Source: Patescibacteria group bacterium (GTDB lineage Bacteria > Patescibacteriota > Microgenomatia > UBA1400 > PJMF01). From it: DNA of 64,000 nucleotides. The notes beneath the pieces were generated by a model that saw only the letters and a program-made list of their open reading frames with translations, had not been told where the DNA came from and did not search any database. Location: positions 69,724 to 133,723 of the forward strand of contig JAHDXH010000002.1 in assembly GCA_023382875.1 (NCBI GenBank), given 5' to 3'. Made by a program: the position numbers and the translations under genes. This document shows, in pieces, positions 27,947 through 37,312 of the stretch (its first letter is position 1; each line of letters begins with the position of its first letter).

Positions 27947-29128
27947 TTGTTGACGAAGGCGAGTTTTCTCGCCATACTTATTCCCATGAAGCTTTCATCT
28001 TTTTCCTTGAAACGAACACTAATTCCTTTTTTTGTTTTGTCATTATTTTTTATGGTTGTGGGGGTGGGAGTTGCAGGTACTTTAGTCTTGGAGTCCGACT
28101 ATAGCTGTGACAACATTACTGATCTGGATGACTACACGGTTTTGGTGCGCGATAAGCGCTTGAGTACTCGAAAGTTATCAATCCTTTTTAAAGAATGGGG
28201 TAGTCGGGGTTTATCTAATTCAGCAGATTGCTCAGGAAAAGCAGTAACGGCTAATAACGGTGGGTACGGTGGGCCAGGAGGCACTACTCCAACACCAAGT
28301 CCCACTCCGGTAGTTTCGCCAACAACGACACCAACCCCAGCAACCACAACAAGTCCAAGTCCATCGCCTTCCAGTAAACCAAGTCCCTTCAACTTGAGTG
28401 ATGCAAATTTGGTGGCATATATGCCGATGGAAGAGACAGCGGGATCTTTGACCAATAAAAAAACTAGCAACGCGGTTGCCAACCTTATTCCCAACGGCAG
28501 TGTTCAATATCGCCAAACTGGCAAAGTGGGTTATGGGGTAAAGGTTAATGGTATTGGCAATGCTTTTTGTAGTGGCTCTGGCACAGCCTGTAAAGATGTA
28601 AAGGCTTATGACTTTACTGGTGATTACACTTTGGGCATGTGGGTTAAATTAGATCAAGGTAGCGCCTATTTATTCAGAAAATGGGATCAAGAAAAAGGTA
28701 ATTACTCCTACTTTGCTTTGGATAGCAATATTTTCTTGGCAGCTTTGTCACATCCACACCCAGATTATCTCTTTGGTTATGATCATGGTTTGAGAGCAGG
28801 TCAGCCAACTGGACGAAGTTATGTAGAAGGCTACATGGATTTAAATGTTGATAACAAATTGCATGATTGGCACCACATAACTGTAGTTCGCGATACTAAA
28901 GCAAAAACTGTTCACCTTTATGTTGATGGTAAAAAACAAGATACGCACCCAGGTCAAATCAAACAAGCGAATGGTAGCGTAGTAACCTCGGTAATGAGAG
29001 CTGACAACCAAGTGAGCGCTGATCCATTCCGACTAGGTGAATTAGTTGGAACAATCGATGAGTTTTTTGCTTACAAAAAAGCTTTGACTGAGGCCGAAGT
29101 AAAAGCAATTTATGAGGCGGGCAAATAA
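27947..29128 (+). CDS. membrane-anchored surface protein: Pro/Thr/Ser linker + LamG-like (Laminin_G_3, concanavalin A-like) domain
   Basis: N-terminal TM region. Linker GGTTPTPSPTPVVSPTTTPTPATTTSPSPSPSSKPSP. C-terminal IDEFFAYKKALTEAEVKAIYEAG matches the Laminin_G_3 C-terminal signature. Confidence 0.65.
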   Translation: MLTKASFLAILIPMKLSSFSLKRTLIPFFVLSLFFMVVGVGVAGTLVLESDYSCDNITDLDDYTVLVRDKRLSTRKLSILFKEWGSRGLSNSADCSGKAVTANNGGYGGPGGTTPTPSPTPVVSPTTTPTPATTTSPSPSPSSKPSPFNLSDANLVAYMPMEETAGSLTNKKTSNAVANLIPNGSVQYRQTGKVGYGVKVNGIGNAFCSGSGTACKDVKAYDFTGDYTLGMWVKLDQGSAYLFRKWDQEKGNYSYFALDSNIFLAALSHPHPDYLFGYDHGLRAGQPTGRSYVEGYMDLNVDNKLHDWHHITVVRDTKAKTVHLYVDGKKQDTHPGQIKQANGSVVTSVMRADNQVSADPFRLGELVGTIDEFFAYKKALTEAEVKAIYEAGK

Positions 29129-29129
29129 T

Positions 29130-30458
29130 ATGAAGAAAAATTTTAAATTTTCCAACCTTAAAATGAAGTCACTTTTTAGAGCGGCTGGCGTTTTCTTTTT
29201 ATTGTTTGCGGTTTTTTCTGGAATTTTTGCTGGTTTATTGAATCAACAAGATATTAGACAAAGAGCTAGTGAAGGCTATGGTAATGTGGAAATTGTTTTG
29301 GTTCCTTCAACAACACCTCTTCAAACCAATAATTTATCAACAGTTTTTGTTCGCCTAAACACTAAGGGTGAAGAAATCGATGGTGTTCAAGTCGTTTTTG
29401 ACCTTTTGACTCAAGTGACCAATGATGTCACTGTGCGGGTCAACGAAAGTACGGGTCTTAAGTGGGCATGGGATAGAGTTGAGGGTATTCAGGGTGGTAG
29501 AAAAGTTAGTTTTGCTGCTATTACTAGCGATCCTTATAAGCCATTTAAAAGTAATTCTCCGGTTGATGTAGCAGAAATCACGTTTGTGGCTAAAAATCCT
29601 GGCCCATTAACCATGGTTTTCGATGGTTTTATGACCAAGGCTAACAAACATCAACAATTGAGAAATGTCTTGAAACCAATCATCGTTCAAGAATACGATG
29701 TGAAAGTTGCGCCTTCGCCAACCCCCTCACCGACTCCAAAGCCGGTGGTTTCTTCTGGTGGTAGTTCAAGTTCTGGCGGAACAAAGGGTGGTCAGACAAA
29801 CCCAGCTCCTTCACCGACTCCATCGAGTGTTACTGCCAACGTAGTAGTTAATAGTGTAGGTGGTACTCAGACAATAGATCGTGGTCAGTGTAACGTTGCT
29901 TGTTCGTACTCTAGTCAATGTGACTCTGGTTTTCTTTGTTACGAAGGAAAATGTCGTTTATCAACCAACCTGACCAGCTCGACATGTCAAGATATTAGTA
30001 CCAGAAGCAAGATTTGTAACGATACTTGTACTCAGTCTAGCGAATGTCAGCTTGGTTTGACCTGTTATTCTGGGCAATGTCGATCTACAACTAATCCACA
30101 AAGTCAAACCTGCCAGAATGATGGCACAGTTACCGCTGGTGTGGAAAAGATGTGTGGTCAAACTTGTACTAGTAATAGTGACTGTGGTGATTCTTTGAGT
30201 TGCTATGTTGGTCAATGCCGTTTGGCTACCAATCCCACCAATCCAGAATGTAATGATAAACAGGTTGTAGTCACTAATTTAGGTGGATCAACTGGTTCTC
30301 CCGAGCCATCGCCAGCTCCTGCAAGTTCTGGTCGCTCTTTGGGATTACTGACACAAATTGTTATTGCTTTGGGTGCGACTGTGATTGTTGGCTTTATTGG
30401 TGTAGTTATCTATACCTTGCTAAATAGTCGTAACAGACAGAGAGATCAACAGTTGTAG
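29130..30458 (+). CDS. membrane/surface protein with N-terminal beta-domain, Pro/Thr/Ser linkers, three to four tandem Cys-rich modules and C-terminal TM anchor
   Basis: Repeated module C-x3-C-x5/6-C-x5-C-Y-x2-G-x-C-R-x-[ST]-T-N-x6-C, with three clear copies. Linker PSPTPSPTPKP. C-terminal helix LLTQIVIALGATVIVGFIGVVIY. Start may instead be 29112. Confidence 0.5.
   Translation: MKKNFKFSNLKMKSLFRAAGVFFLLFAVFSGIFAGLLNQQDIRQRASEGYGNVEIVLVPSTTPLQTNNLSTVFVRLNTKGEEIDGVQVVFDLLTQVTNDVTVRVNESTGLKWAWDRVEGIQGGRKVSFAAITSDPYKPFKSNSPVDVAEITFVAKNPGPLTMVFDGFMTKANKHQQLRNVLKPIIVQEYDVKVAPSPTPSPTPKPVVSSGGSSSSGGTKGGQTNPAPSPTPSSVTANVVVNSVGGTQTIDRGQCNVACSYSSQCDSGFLCYEGKCRLSTNLTSSTCQDISTRSKICNDTCTQSSECQLGLTCYSGQCRSTTNPQSQTCQNDGTVTAGVEKMCGQTCTSNSDCGDSLSCYVGQCRLATNPTNPECNDKQVVVTNLGGSTGSPEPSPAPASSGRSLGLLTQIVIALGATVIVGFIGVVIYTLLNSRNRQRDQQL
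29880..30250 (+). repeat. diverged tandem coding repeats (about 120 nt unit, 3 copies) encoding Cys-rich modules
   Basis: The periodic protein motifs CNVACSYSSQCDSGFLCYEGKCRLSTN, CNDTCTQSSECQLGLTCYSGQCRSTTN and CGQTCTSNSDCGDSLSCYVGQCRLATN. Confidence 0.5.
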
Positions 30459-30482
30459 GGAAGAGTGTTATAATTTCTGCCC

Positions 30483-30986
30483 ATGCCAGTTCTAACTCAC
30501 TTTGCCATCAAAAAAGCTCTGGAAACAGGCGAGATTAAAATTACCCCCAATATCAGCGATGATCAGATTAGCGTTGCCTCTGTTGACTTGACTTTGGGTA
30601 ATGATTTCTGGGTGTATGAAAAACAATTAGGTCCAATTCCAATTAAAGAATCAACCAATTATCTAGATCTAACTAGACACATTCAGTCAGAAGAAATGGT
30701 CATTAAACCTCAGGAGACACTCATTGGTATTACTAAAGAAAAAATTACTTTGCCTGGAAACATCTGTGGTTGGTTGGAAGGTCGAAGTCGTTTTGCCCGT
30801 TTGGGTTTATTGATTCATATTTCTGCTGGTTTAATTCAACCAGGTGTGGATAATCATCAGGTCTTGGAAATTACCAATTTAAGCCCGAATATTTTAACTC
30901 TTCATGCTGGTGAGAGGATTTGCCAGCTGGCATTTCAACGCTGTGAGGGCGAAGCTAAATACAGTGGCAAATTTAAGTCACAATAG
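30483..30986 (+). CDS. dcd: dCTP deaminase (dUTPase superfamily)
   Basis: MPVLTHFAIKKALETGEI N-terminus and RSRFARLGLLIH. An extended -10 TGTTATAAT at 30466-30474 suggests a leaderless mRNA. Confidence 0.75.
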   Translation: MPVLTHFAIKKALETGEIKITPNISDDQISVASVDLTLGNDFWVYEKQLGPIPIKESTNYLDLTRHIQSEEMVIKPQETLIGITKEKITLPGNICGWLEGRSRFARLGLLIHISAGLIQPGVDNHQVLEITNLSPNILTLHAGERICQLAFQRCEGEAKYSGKFKSQ

Positions 30987-31032
30987 CTTATTTGTTCCGA
31001 TAAAAGTTACTTTTGCCAAGATTTTAGGATGA

Positions 31033-31041
31033 TGATATAAT
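31033..31041 (+). promoter_or_regulatory. extended -10 promoter element (TGATATAAT) upstream of rplU; RBS AAGGAG at 31053-31058
   Basis: Sequence match to TGnTATAAT, 30 nt upstream of the rplU start. Confidence 0.4.
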
Positions 31042-31070
31042 TAGACCTCGTTTTATTAAGGAGAAATTAC

Positions 31071-31397
31071 ATGTCAGAAACTCAACACTACGCCATTATC
31101 CAATTGCTCGGCAAACAGCTTCGAGTTACCGCTGGTGAAAAATTAGTGGTAGATCGCTTAGTTGATCATGCTGAAGGCGAAACCTTTGAGGTTAAGGAAG
31201 TCCTCATGGTAGCCAATGGCGACGATGTGAAGATTGGTCAACCTCTGGTCGAAAAAGCCAGTGTGACCTTGAAGGTTTTGGAACATGGCAGAGGCGATAA
31301 AATTAGAGTGGCTGTTTACAAGTCCAAATCTAAATATCGCAAAGCCAATGGCCACCGCCAACATCAAAGCACCGTCGAAGTGGTTAAGATTGCCTAA
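31071..31397 (+). CDS. rplU: 50S ribosomal protein L21
   Basis: MSETQHYAIIQLLGKQLRVTAGEKLVVDRL...VKVLEHGRGDKIRVAVYKSKSKYRK. Confidence 0.95.
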   Translation: MSETQHYAIIQLLGKQLRVTAGEKLVVDRLVDHAEGETFEVKEVLMVANGDDVKIGQPLVEKASVTLKVLEHGRGDKIRVAVYKSKSKYRKANGHRQHQSTVEVVKIA

Positions 31398-31424
31398 TCT
31401 TAATCTTGAGCTGGTATACTTTAT

Positions 31425-32558
31425 TTGATGTCTAAATATTTATTCCTATTTGGGAATACCCCTAAATTATCATGGTTAGAACTTAGTTCTTTAGTGCCAT
31501 CAAGTGAGTTGGTACGTGAGAACGTGGCCCAAACCGACTTGGACAGTGAAGAAGCACAGCAAATTTTTGCTAAACTTGGTGGTTCAGTTAAATTAATTGA
31601 GATAACTACTAATCTTAATCCTGACGCCAAAGGTGCTTTATCGCAAATTGCCGAATTTTTGGCCAGCAAAAAATCGTCTGGAAAAATTACTTTTAGTCTT
31701 GGCATTTTAGGCCAAGATTTACTGGATATTTCTGAAACTGATATCAAAAAATATCTTCGAGATAAAATGTCCTTATCCTCTCGTTTTATTGAGCACAAGC
31801 AAAGTGGTTTATCCGCCAGTGTATTGTTACATCAAGAAAAAGTCATTGAAGTAATTTTACTTGAGGTTGATGGTCAAGTTTGGCTTGGCCAAACAGTTGC
31901 GGTTCAAGATATTGATGACTGGACCAAGCGCGACCGTAGAAAACCTTACGCTGACCGCAAAAAAGGTATGTTGCCTCCAAAAGTTGCCAGAATGATGGTT
32001 AATATTGCCGGCACAGAGGCAAAAACTATTTATGATCCATTCTGTGGTACCGGTACAGTTTTGGCAGAGGCATTGATGACTGGTCACGACCTAGTGGTCG
32101 GTTCTGACTTGGATGGTGACGCTACTGCTGGTGCAGAAAAAAACTTAGCTTGGCTCAAAAAAGAGTACGGTTTGTCTGGTGAGGTGAAAATTTTCCTTTC
32201 CGATGTTACTCAAATCAATAAATACTCTGACCTTAAAAATAACCAAGTTGATGCAATCGTGACTGAGCCTTTCTTAGGCAAACCCAGACCACAAATTGAA
32301 CAACTGGATAATATTTATAAGGGCTTAGAAAAGCTTTATTTGGGCGCCTTTAAGGTCTTCAAAGAGGTTTTAAAAAATGGTGGTAAGGTTGTTATTGTTT
32401 TTCCAATGGTTCAAACCTATAAAACAACTTATAGTTTGGAAAATTTGATTGACAAGCTCGAGCAATTGGGTTACACTACTACCTCTGAACCAGTACTATA
32501 TGCAAGAGAAAATGCAGTGGTTCAAAGACAAGTCTTTGTTTTTAAATTAACTAAATAA
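31425..32558 (+). CDS. putative tRNA/rRNA guanine-N2 methyltransferase (Trm11/RlmL-type class I SAM MTase with N-terminal THUMP-like region)
   Basis: DPFCGTGTVLAEAL is motif I and VDAIVTEPFLGKP is the motif IV (D/N/T)PP(Y/F) variant. Confidence 0.6.
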   Translation: MMSKYLFLFGNTPKLSWLELSSLVPSSELVRENVAQTDLDSEEAQQIFAKLGGSVKLIEITTNLNPDAKGALSQIAEFLASKKSSGKITFSLGILGQDLLDISETDIKKYLRDKMSLSSRFIEHKQSGLSASVLLHQEKVIEVILLEVDGQVWLGQTVAVQDIDDWTKRDRRKPYADRKKGMLPPKVARMMVNIAGTEAKTIYDPFCGTGTVLAEALMTGHDLVVGSDLDGDATAGAEKNLAWLKKEYGLSGEVKIFLSDVTQINKYSDLKNNQVDAIVTEPFLGKPRPQIEQLDNIYKGLEKLYLGAFKVFKEVLKNGGKVVIVFPMVQTYKTTYSLENLIDKLEQLGYTTTSEPVLYARENAVVQRQVFVFKLTK

Positions 32559-32573
32559 AATAATTAACCCGAT

Positions 32574-32834
32574 ATGTCACACGTCAAAGCTTCAGGTAAA
32601 GTTGCACAACATGCTCAAGGCAAGCGCCACGGCAAACGTTTAGGTCTCAAAAAATCTGGTGGTGAAAAGATCCAAGTTGGTCAAATCATCGTCAAACAAC
32701 GAGGTGCTAAATACAAAGTCGGCAAGGGCGTTGGTATGGGTAAAGACCACACTATCTTCGCTATGATTGATGGTTTGGTTAAATTTGGCAAACGCTTTGG
32801 TAAAACTACCATTAGTGTTGTCGCTAAAAACTAA
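32574..32834 (+). CDS. rpmA: 50S ribosomal protein L27
   Basis: [51 protein letters not shown]. Confidence 0.95.
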   Translation: MSHVKASGKVAQHAQGKRHGKRLGLKKSGGEKIQVGQIIVKQRGAKYKVGKGVGMGKDHTIFAMIDGLVKFGKRFGKTTISVVAKN

Positions 32835-32915
32835 TTTTCCCCCGATTCATTTTTCAGATCAATTGCGTGAAATTCCGCTTGTGAAATAGTGATTTGTTTG
32901 TGTTATATATGGTGT

Positions 32916-33734
32916 ATGTCTAACCTAAGAACACTTCCCATTGATCAATTACAAGCCAATCCTTTTCAGCCTCGCGACAAAGTCAAAACTGAAGATATTC
33001 AAGATTTAGCCAAATCAATTAAAACTTATGGTGTTTTAGAGCCATTGGTGGTTGCCGAAACTCCAGCTGGTTTTCAAATTATTGCTGGGGAAAGACGTTG
33101 GCGCGCTTCTAAGTTGGCTGGTTTAACTGAGGTCCCTGTTCACATCAAGAAAACCACCCCTAAGGGTATGTTGGAAATGGCAATTGTGGAAAATGTTCAA
33201 AGAAGCAATTTGTCGGCTTTGGAGCGAGCTCAAGCTTTCCAACGATTGGCACAAGAGTTTACACTTACCAACGAACAAATTGGTGAAAGGGTAGGTAAAT
33301 CTCCATCTTACGTTTCCAACACGATGAGACTGCTAAGACTTCCTGATGCGATTAAAGATGCCCTAACCGATGGTGAAATCTCTGAGGGTCACGCTAGAGT
33401 TTTAGTTTCTTTTGATGATGAAAAGTTGGCGATGAAGGTTTTTAGGCAAATTGTCAAAGAAAAAGCTTCCGTTCGCCGAGCTGAGGAATTAGTTCGTCAC
33501 TATAAAAGCCAAGAAAAAGTTGCTGAGGAGAAAAAAGTTGAAGAGCCAGCAAATATTGATTACGAAAAAGTCGAAAAAGTCAGAGAAAGCTTGCAAAGAA
33601 GAATTCACTCGCCAGGACAAATTAAATTATCTAGATCAAATAGACAAACCAGAATCATTATTACTTTGAGAGGTGACCAAGCTAAGACTCAAGCAGATAT
33701 GGATCGAATAATGGAAATAATTGGCGAGAATTAG
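32916..33734 (+). CDS. parB: chromosome partitioning protein ParB/Spo0J
   Basis: ParB box GERRWRASKLAGL and an HTH region. Start chosen at MSNLRTLPIDQL; the ORF track starts at 32889. Confidence 0.85.
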   Translation: MSNLRTLPIDQLQANPFQPRDKVKTEDIQDLAKSIKTYGVLEPLVVAETPAGFQIIAGERRWRASKLAGLTEVPVHIKKTTPKGMLEMAIVENVQRSNLSALERAQAFQRLAQEFTLTNEQIGERVGKSPSYVSNTMRLLRLPDAIKDALTDGEISEGHARVLVSFDDEKLAMKVFRQIVKEKASVRRAEELVRHYKSQEKVAEEKKVEEPANIDYEKVEKVRESLQRRIHSPGQIKLSRSNRQTRIIITLRGDQAKTQADMDRIMEIIGEN

Positions 33735-34479
33735 CAAACAATTGTTCGCGAGAAATTTCAAAATTTTCTTCAATGTAGTCAGCGGTGAGAGTTAACATCC
33801 ACGGTTCGCAGGTTTTGCCGCGATGGGGCATGGGTGGTAAAAATGGAGCGTCTGTTTCAATAACCACTCTGTTTGAAGGAACTTTTTTCAAGATTTGTCT
33901 GATTAAGTCTGCATTTTTATAAGTCGCATTGCCATCGAAACCAAACCAAGCATTATTTTTTATCATGGCATCAATATAAAAATCTGGGCCAGAAACACAG
34001 TGCAAAACAAAGTTATTTTTGGGTGGTGTTGCGGCTAAAATGTTAATTAAGTCTTGATAGGCCTCATTTTGATCGTCTCTAACATGAAGTGAAAGCGGCA
34101 AATTGAGCTCATTTGCTAATTCTAATTGCGCTTTGAAGCCAGCAATTTGCTGTTCTTTTATGATGGTAGTTTGGGGGTCATTTCTATCTAAACGGAAATA
34201 GTCTAAGCCAATCTCGCCAATAGCGACAACTTTTGGTTTCATGGCCAACATTTTTAGTCTTTTCAGATCCAAATCAGCAATGTCATGCGGATGAACTCCA
34301 ACTGTGGCAAAAAACCCTTTCTCTTCTTGCGCCAGTTGAACGACTTCTTCTGACGATTCCATGTTGGTGCCAATTTGAATAGCATGAGTAACACCTCGAC
34401 TTTGAGCAATTTGCCAATGACTACGCCAATTTTCTTTCAAGCCTTCAAAGTTATAGTGGGTATGAGTATCAATCAACAT
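33682..34479 (-). CDS. tatD: TatD-family metal-dependent DNase/hydrolase
   Basis: MLIDTHTHYNF N-terminus and conserved His/Asp/Glu positions (LHVRDD, IETDAPFL). Confidence 0.85.
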   Translation of the reverse strand: MLIDTHTHYNFEGLKENWRSHWQIAQSRGVTHAIQIGTNMESSEEVVQLAQEEKGFFATVGVHPHDIADLDLKRLKMLAMKPKVVAIGEIGLDYFRLDRNDPQTTIIKEQQIAGFKAQLELANELNLPLSLHVRDDQNEAYQDLINILAATPPKNNFVLHCVSGPDFYIDAMIKNNAWFGFDGNATYKNADLIRQILKKVPSNRVVIETDAPFLPPMPHRGKTCEPWMLTLTADYIEENFEISREQLFANSRQLFPLFDPYLLES

Positions 34480-35894
34480 TAGATGCGGGGGAAAAGTGGA
34501 GTCATAGCTCCAATTTTTTCCTGACTAAAATGTTTGAGGATGGTCTCACTTGTTTGAGGCATGAATGGCTTTAAAAGTGTGGCAATCAAGACAATCTGAG
34601 TAATTGCTTGCTTAAGGATTTGTTGCTGCTCTTCACCAGATTTTGTCCAAGGTTTTTGTTCACTTAAGTATTGGTCAGCTTGACTAATCAAATCAATGAT
34701 TAAGCTTAAAGCGGTTTTAAGTTCAAAACTATTCATGGCTGCTTGGTAAGCTTCGGGTTTAACTGGTGGGGTGAATTGATTGGTTAATTCTGATTTTTCA
34801 GCTAACTTGGCTACCCGTGAGCACAAATTTCCCAGACCATTGGCTAAATTAGCAGTATAGGCGATATCGAGTTTTTCCCAAGAAGTATCCATGTCAGTGC
34901 CAATTGGACCTAAGAACATCAGTAAAAATCTAGTGCCATCAGTGCCATATTTGCTAACCATTTCCGATGGTGAAATAACATTACCCAAAGACTTGCTCAT
35001 TTTTTGCCCATCAATACTGATAAAGCCATTGATTAAAATCTGCTTGGATGGTGGTAAGTTGGCAGCCATTAACATGGCTTGCCACATGGCAGATTGTTGA
35101 CGAAGATTGTCTTTGCCAGCAATCTGTACTCCTGGCCAGAATTCATCGTATTCAGAGCCTGGCTTGGGCCAACCCAAAGTGGAAATATAATTGACTAATG
35201 CGTCGAACCAAACGTACATAACGTGGTCTGGGTCGTTGGGCACAGAAACACCCCAAGGCATTTTTTCTTTGAGACGGGAGATTGAGAAGTCTTGCAAGCC
35301 GCCTTTGACAAATGCGGTAATTTCTTTGAATTTACTAGCTGGTTTGACAAATTCAGGGTTATTTTCGTAATGCTCCAGTAATTGTTTTTCAAAGGCAGAG
35401 AATTTGAAAAAATAGTTTTCTTCTTCTCTTAGTTCTAATTCTTTATTGGGGTGAAGTGGGCATAGCCCATCAACTAGTTCTGAATCTTGTTTTTCCAATT
35501 CACAACCAACACAGTATTTAACTTTATACATTTTTTTGTAAATGTAGCCATTTTGATCACAAATACGCCAAAATTCCTGAGCCGCTTGTTTGTGTTCTGG
35601 ATTGGTAGTACGAATGAAGTGGGTGTAATTTAGATTGAAAATCTTTTTGAGATCTTCAAATTTGGCAGCATAAAAATCAGTATAGGCTTGAGGGTCTTGT
35701 TTGTTTTCTAAGGCTTTTTCGTAGATTTTTTGACCATGCTCATCAGTACCAGTGTTGAAAATAACTGAGTAACCCATCTCACGCATGTGACGGGTAATTA
35801 CGTCAGCAGCAACAATTTCTAAACCAAAGCCGATGTGAGGTTCTGCATTCACATACGGCAGTGTTGTAGTGAGGTAGAAATTATTATTTTTCAC
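34479..35894 (-). CDS. metG: methionyl-tRNA synthetase (short form)
   Basis: HIGH-like PYVNAEPHIGF, KMSKSLGN, and a Cys knuckle (CVGCELEKQD...CPLH). Confidence 0.9.
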   Translation of the reverse strand: MKNNNFYLTTTLPYVNAEPHIGFGLEIVAADVITRHMREMGYSVIFNTGTDEHGQKIYEKALENKQDPQAYTDFYAAKFEDLKKIFNLNYTHFIRTTNPEHKQAAQEFWRICDQNGYIYKKMYKVKYCVGCELEKQDSELVDGLCPLHPNKELELREEENYFFKFSAFEKQLLEHYENNPEFVKPASKFKEITAFVKGGLQDFSISRLKEKMPWGVSVPNDPDHVMYVWFDALVNYISTLGWPKPGSEYDEFWPGVQIAGKDNLRQQSAMWQAMLMAANLPPSKQILINGFISIDGQKMSKSLGNVISPSEMVSKYGTDGTRFLLMFLGPIGTDMDTSWEKLDIAYTANLANGLGNLCSRVAKLAEKSELTNQFTPPVKPEAYQAAMNSFELKTALSLIIDLISQADQYLSEQKPWTKSGEEQQQILKQAITQIVLIATLLKPFMPQTSETILKHFSQEKIGAMTPLFPRI

Positions 35895-35957
35895 CTGGTT
35901 ATTGTAACACGCAAAGCCCCACTAGACCTTGGTATCAATTTTTTGTAGGCTAAGGTT

Positions 35958-36320
35958 ATGAATCTTCTTAAGCCTTTTATTGCTACAGCTTTGACATTGG
36001 TAGTTTTGAGCTATTTTTTGCCGAATGTCAGTTTTATGCATTGGACCACTTTGATTATTGCCGCCATTGTCATTACCTTGCTCAATAAAATAGTTAGACC
36101 AATTCTTAAGATCTTGTTCTTGCCGATTAACATTGTAACCTTAGGTTTATTTTCGGTGGTTATTCATGTGGGTTTGTTGTGGTTGGCGACTTATTTGGTG
36201 CCAGGTTTTCAGATCAACAATTTAAATTTGTTTGGTACAGAATTAAATCAGTTTTCTAGTTTGCTTGTAGTGTCGATTATCCTTGGATTTATTCAAGGAT
36301 TGTTTGGCTTAATCCTTTAA
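35958..36320 (+). CDS. DUF360/YvlD-like small membrane protein (phage-holin-4_2 superfamily)
   Basis: Four TM helices and an LWLATYLVPGFQI motif. Confidence 0.5.
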   Translation: MNLLKPFIATALTLVVLSYFLPNVSFMHWTTLIIAAIVITLLNKIVRPILKILFLPINIVTLGLFSVVIHVGLLWLATYLVPGFQINNLNLFGTELNQFSSLLVVSIILGFIQGLFGLIL

Positions 36321-36359
36321 TTTTTTGTTCTGAACAGTTAATTAAGATATAATATCGGT

Positions 36360-37310
36360 ATGTTGAAAAAAAATGGCTGGTTACTAATTTTTTCCTTTGT
36401 CTTTCTTCTGGCGGGAGCAATTTTGGCGCGCCCAGCTTTGGCTCAAAAATCACTCCTTCAAGCTGAGTTGGAAATTATTAATGATGAAGCAACTGATGCG
36501 GCTCAGGCCACTAGTGAAGGTACTTTGGCCACCCCTTCGGCTGAGGTGGTAGAAAAAATTCAGAAAAAAACTGAAGAAGATATTACTCAGCCTACCGTTA
36601 AGCAAAAAAGCAAACTTGCACAATATCTCGATGACACTCCAGTTGGTCCATTAAGTTGGAATAACTTTCTTCAACATGCTATCCGCAACGCTATTGCTGA
36701 TGGTGTAGCACCAAATATTATTGTGTTGGTTTTGCTTTTCCCACTGGTTGCTTCTTTAATTGCTGCTTCAAGACACATTATTGGTTTGAGAGGCTTTGGT
36801 ATTTATATTCCTGCTGTTTTAGCTGTGGCTTTGGTATCAACGGGCATTATGGAGGGTTTGGCCATTTTTGGTGCGATTGTGGTGGTGGCTATTTTTTCTA
36901 AAAAATTCCTTAGAAAAACCAAGCTATCTTACTTGCCTAGAACGGCCATGTTGCTTTGGTTGATTTCGATGGGTATTTTCGCAGTTATATTGCTTTCGCC
37001 AACCTTTGGTTTGGTTTCATTGATGAGTATTAACATCTTCCCGATTTTGATTTTAGTGCTCTTGTCGGAAAACTTCTTAGATGCACAATCTCGTTCTAAG
37101 CAGTCAGAAGCGATTGCTTTGACTGTTGAAACTTTAGCTTTGGCCTTTGCCTCAAGTTTGCTTTTGCGCTGGGATATTATGCAAAAATTTGCCTTAACTG
37201 AGCCAGAGCTTTTAATTTTTACTATTGCTTTGATGAACGTGATCATTGGCAAATTTACCGGTTTAAGACTTAAAGAGTGGTTTAGATTCCGATCATTGAT
37301 CGAAGAATAA
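36360..37310 (+). CDS. polytopic membrane protein (signal peptide + acidic periplasmic segment + ~6-7 TM helices); candidate partner of the ATP-grasp/QEGLA module
   Basis: MLKKNGWLLIFSFVFLLAGAILARPALA, then a hydrophobic core GLRGFGIYIPAVLAVALV... It lies 3 nt upstream of the ATP-grasp gene. Resemblance to the 7TM domain usually fused to an inactive transglutaminase is inferred from context and was not verified. Confidence 0.45.
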   Translation: MLKKNGWLLIFSFVFLLAGAILARPALAQKSLLQAELEIINDEATDAAQATSEGTLATPSAEVVEKIQKKTEEDITQPTVKQKSKLAQYLDDTPVGPLSWNNFLQHAIRNAIADGVAPNIIVLVLLFPLVASLIAASRHIIGLRGFGIYIPAVLAVALVSTGIMEGLAIFGAIVVVAIFSKKFLRKTKLSYLPRTAMLLWLISMGIFAVILLSPTFGLVSLMSINIFPILILVLLSENFLDAQSRSKQSEAIALTVETLALAFASSLLLRWDIMQKFALTEPELLIFTIALMNVIIGKFTGLRLKEWFRFRSLIEE

Positions 37311-37312
37311 AC

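Noticed and set aside
28290-29830. Short periodic Pro/Thr/Ser-coding repeats (CCAACACCAAGTCCCACTCCG-like), considered as possible CRISPR or satellite repeats
   Set aside because: They are in-frame low-complexity linker-coding sequence inside long ORFs. There are no regular spacers and no cas genes.
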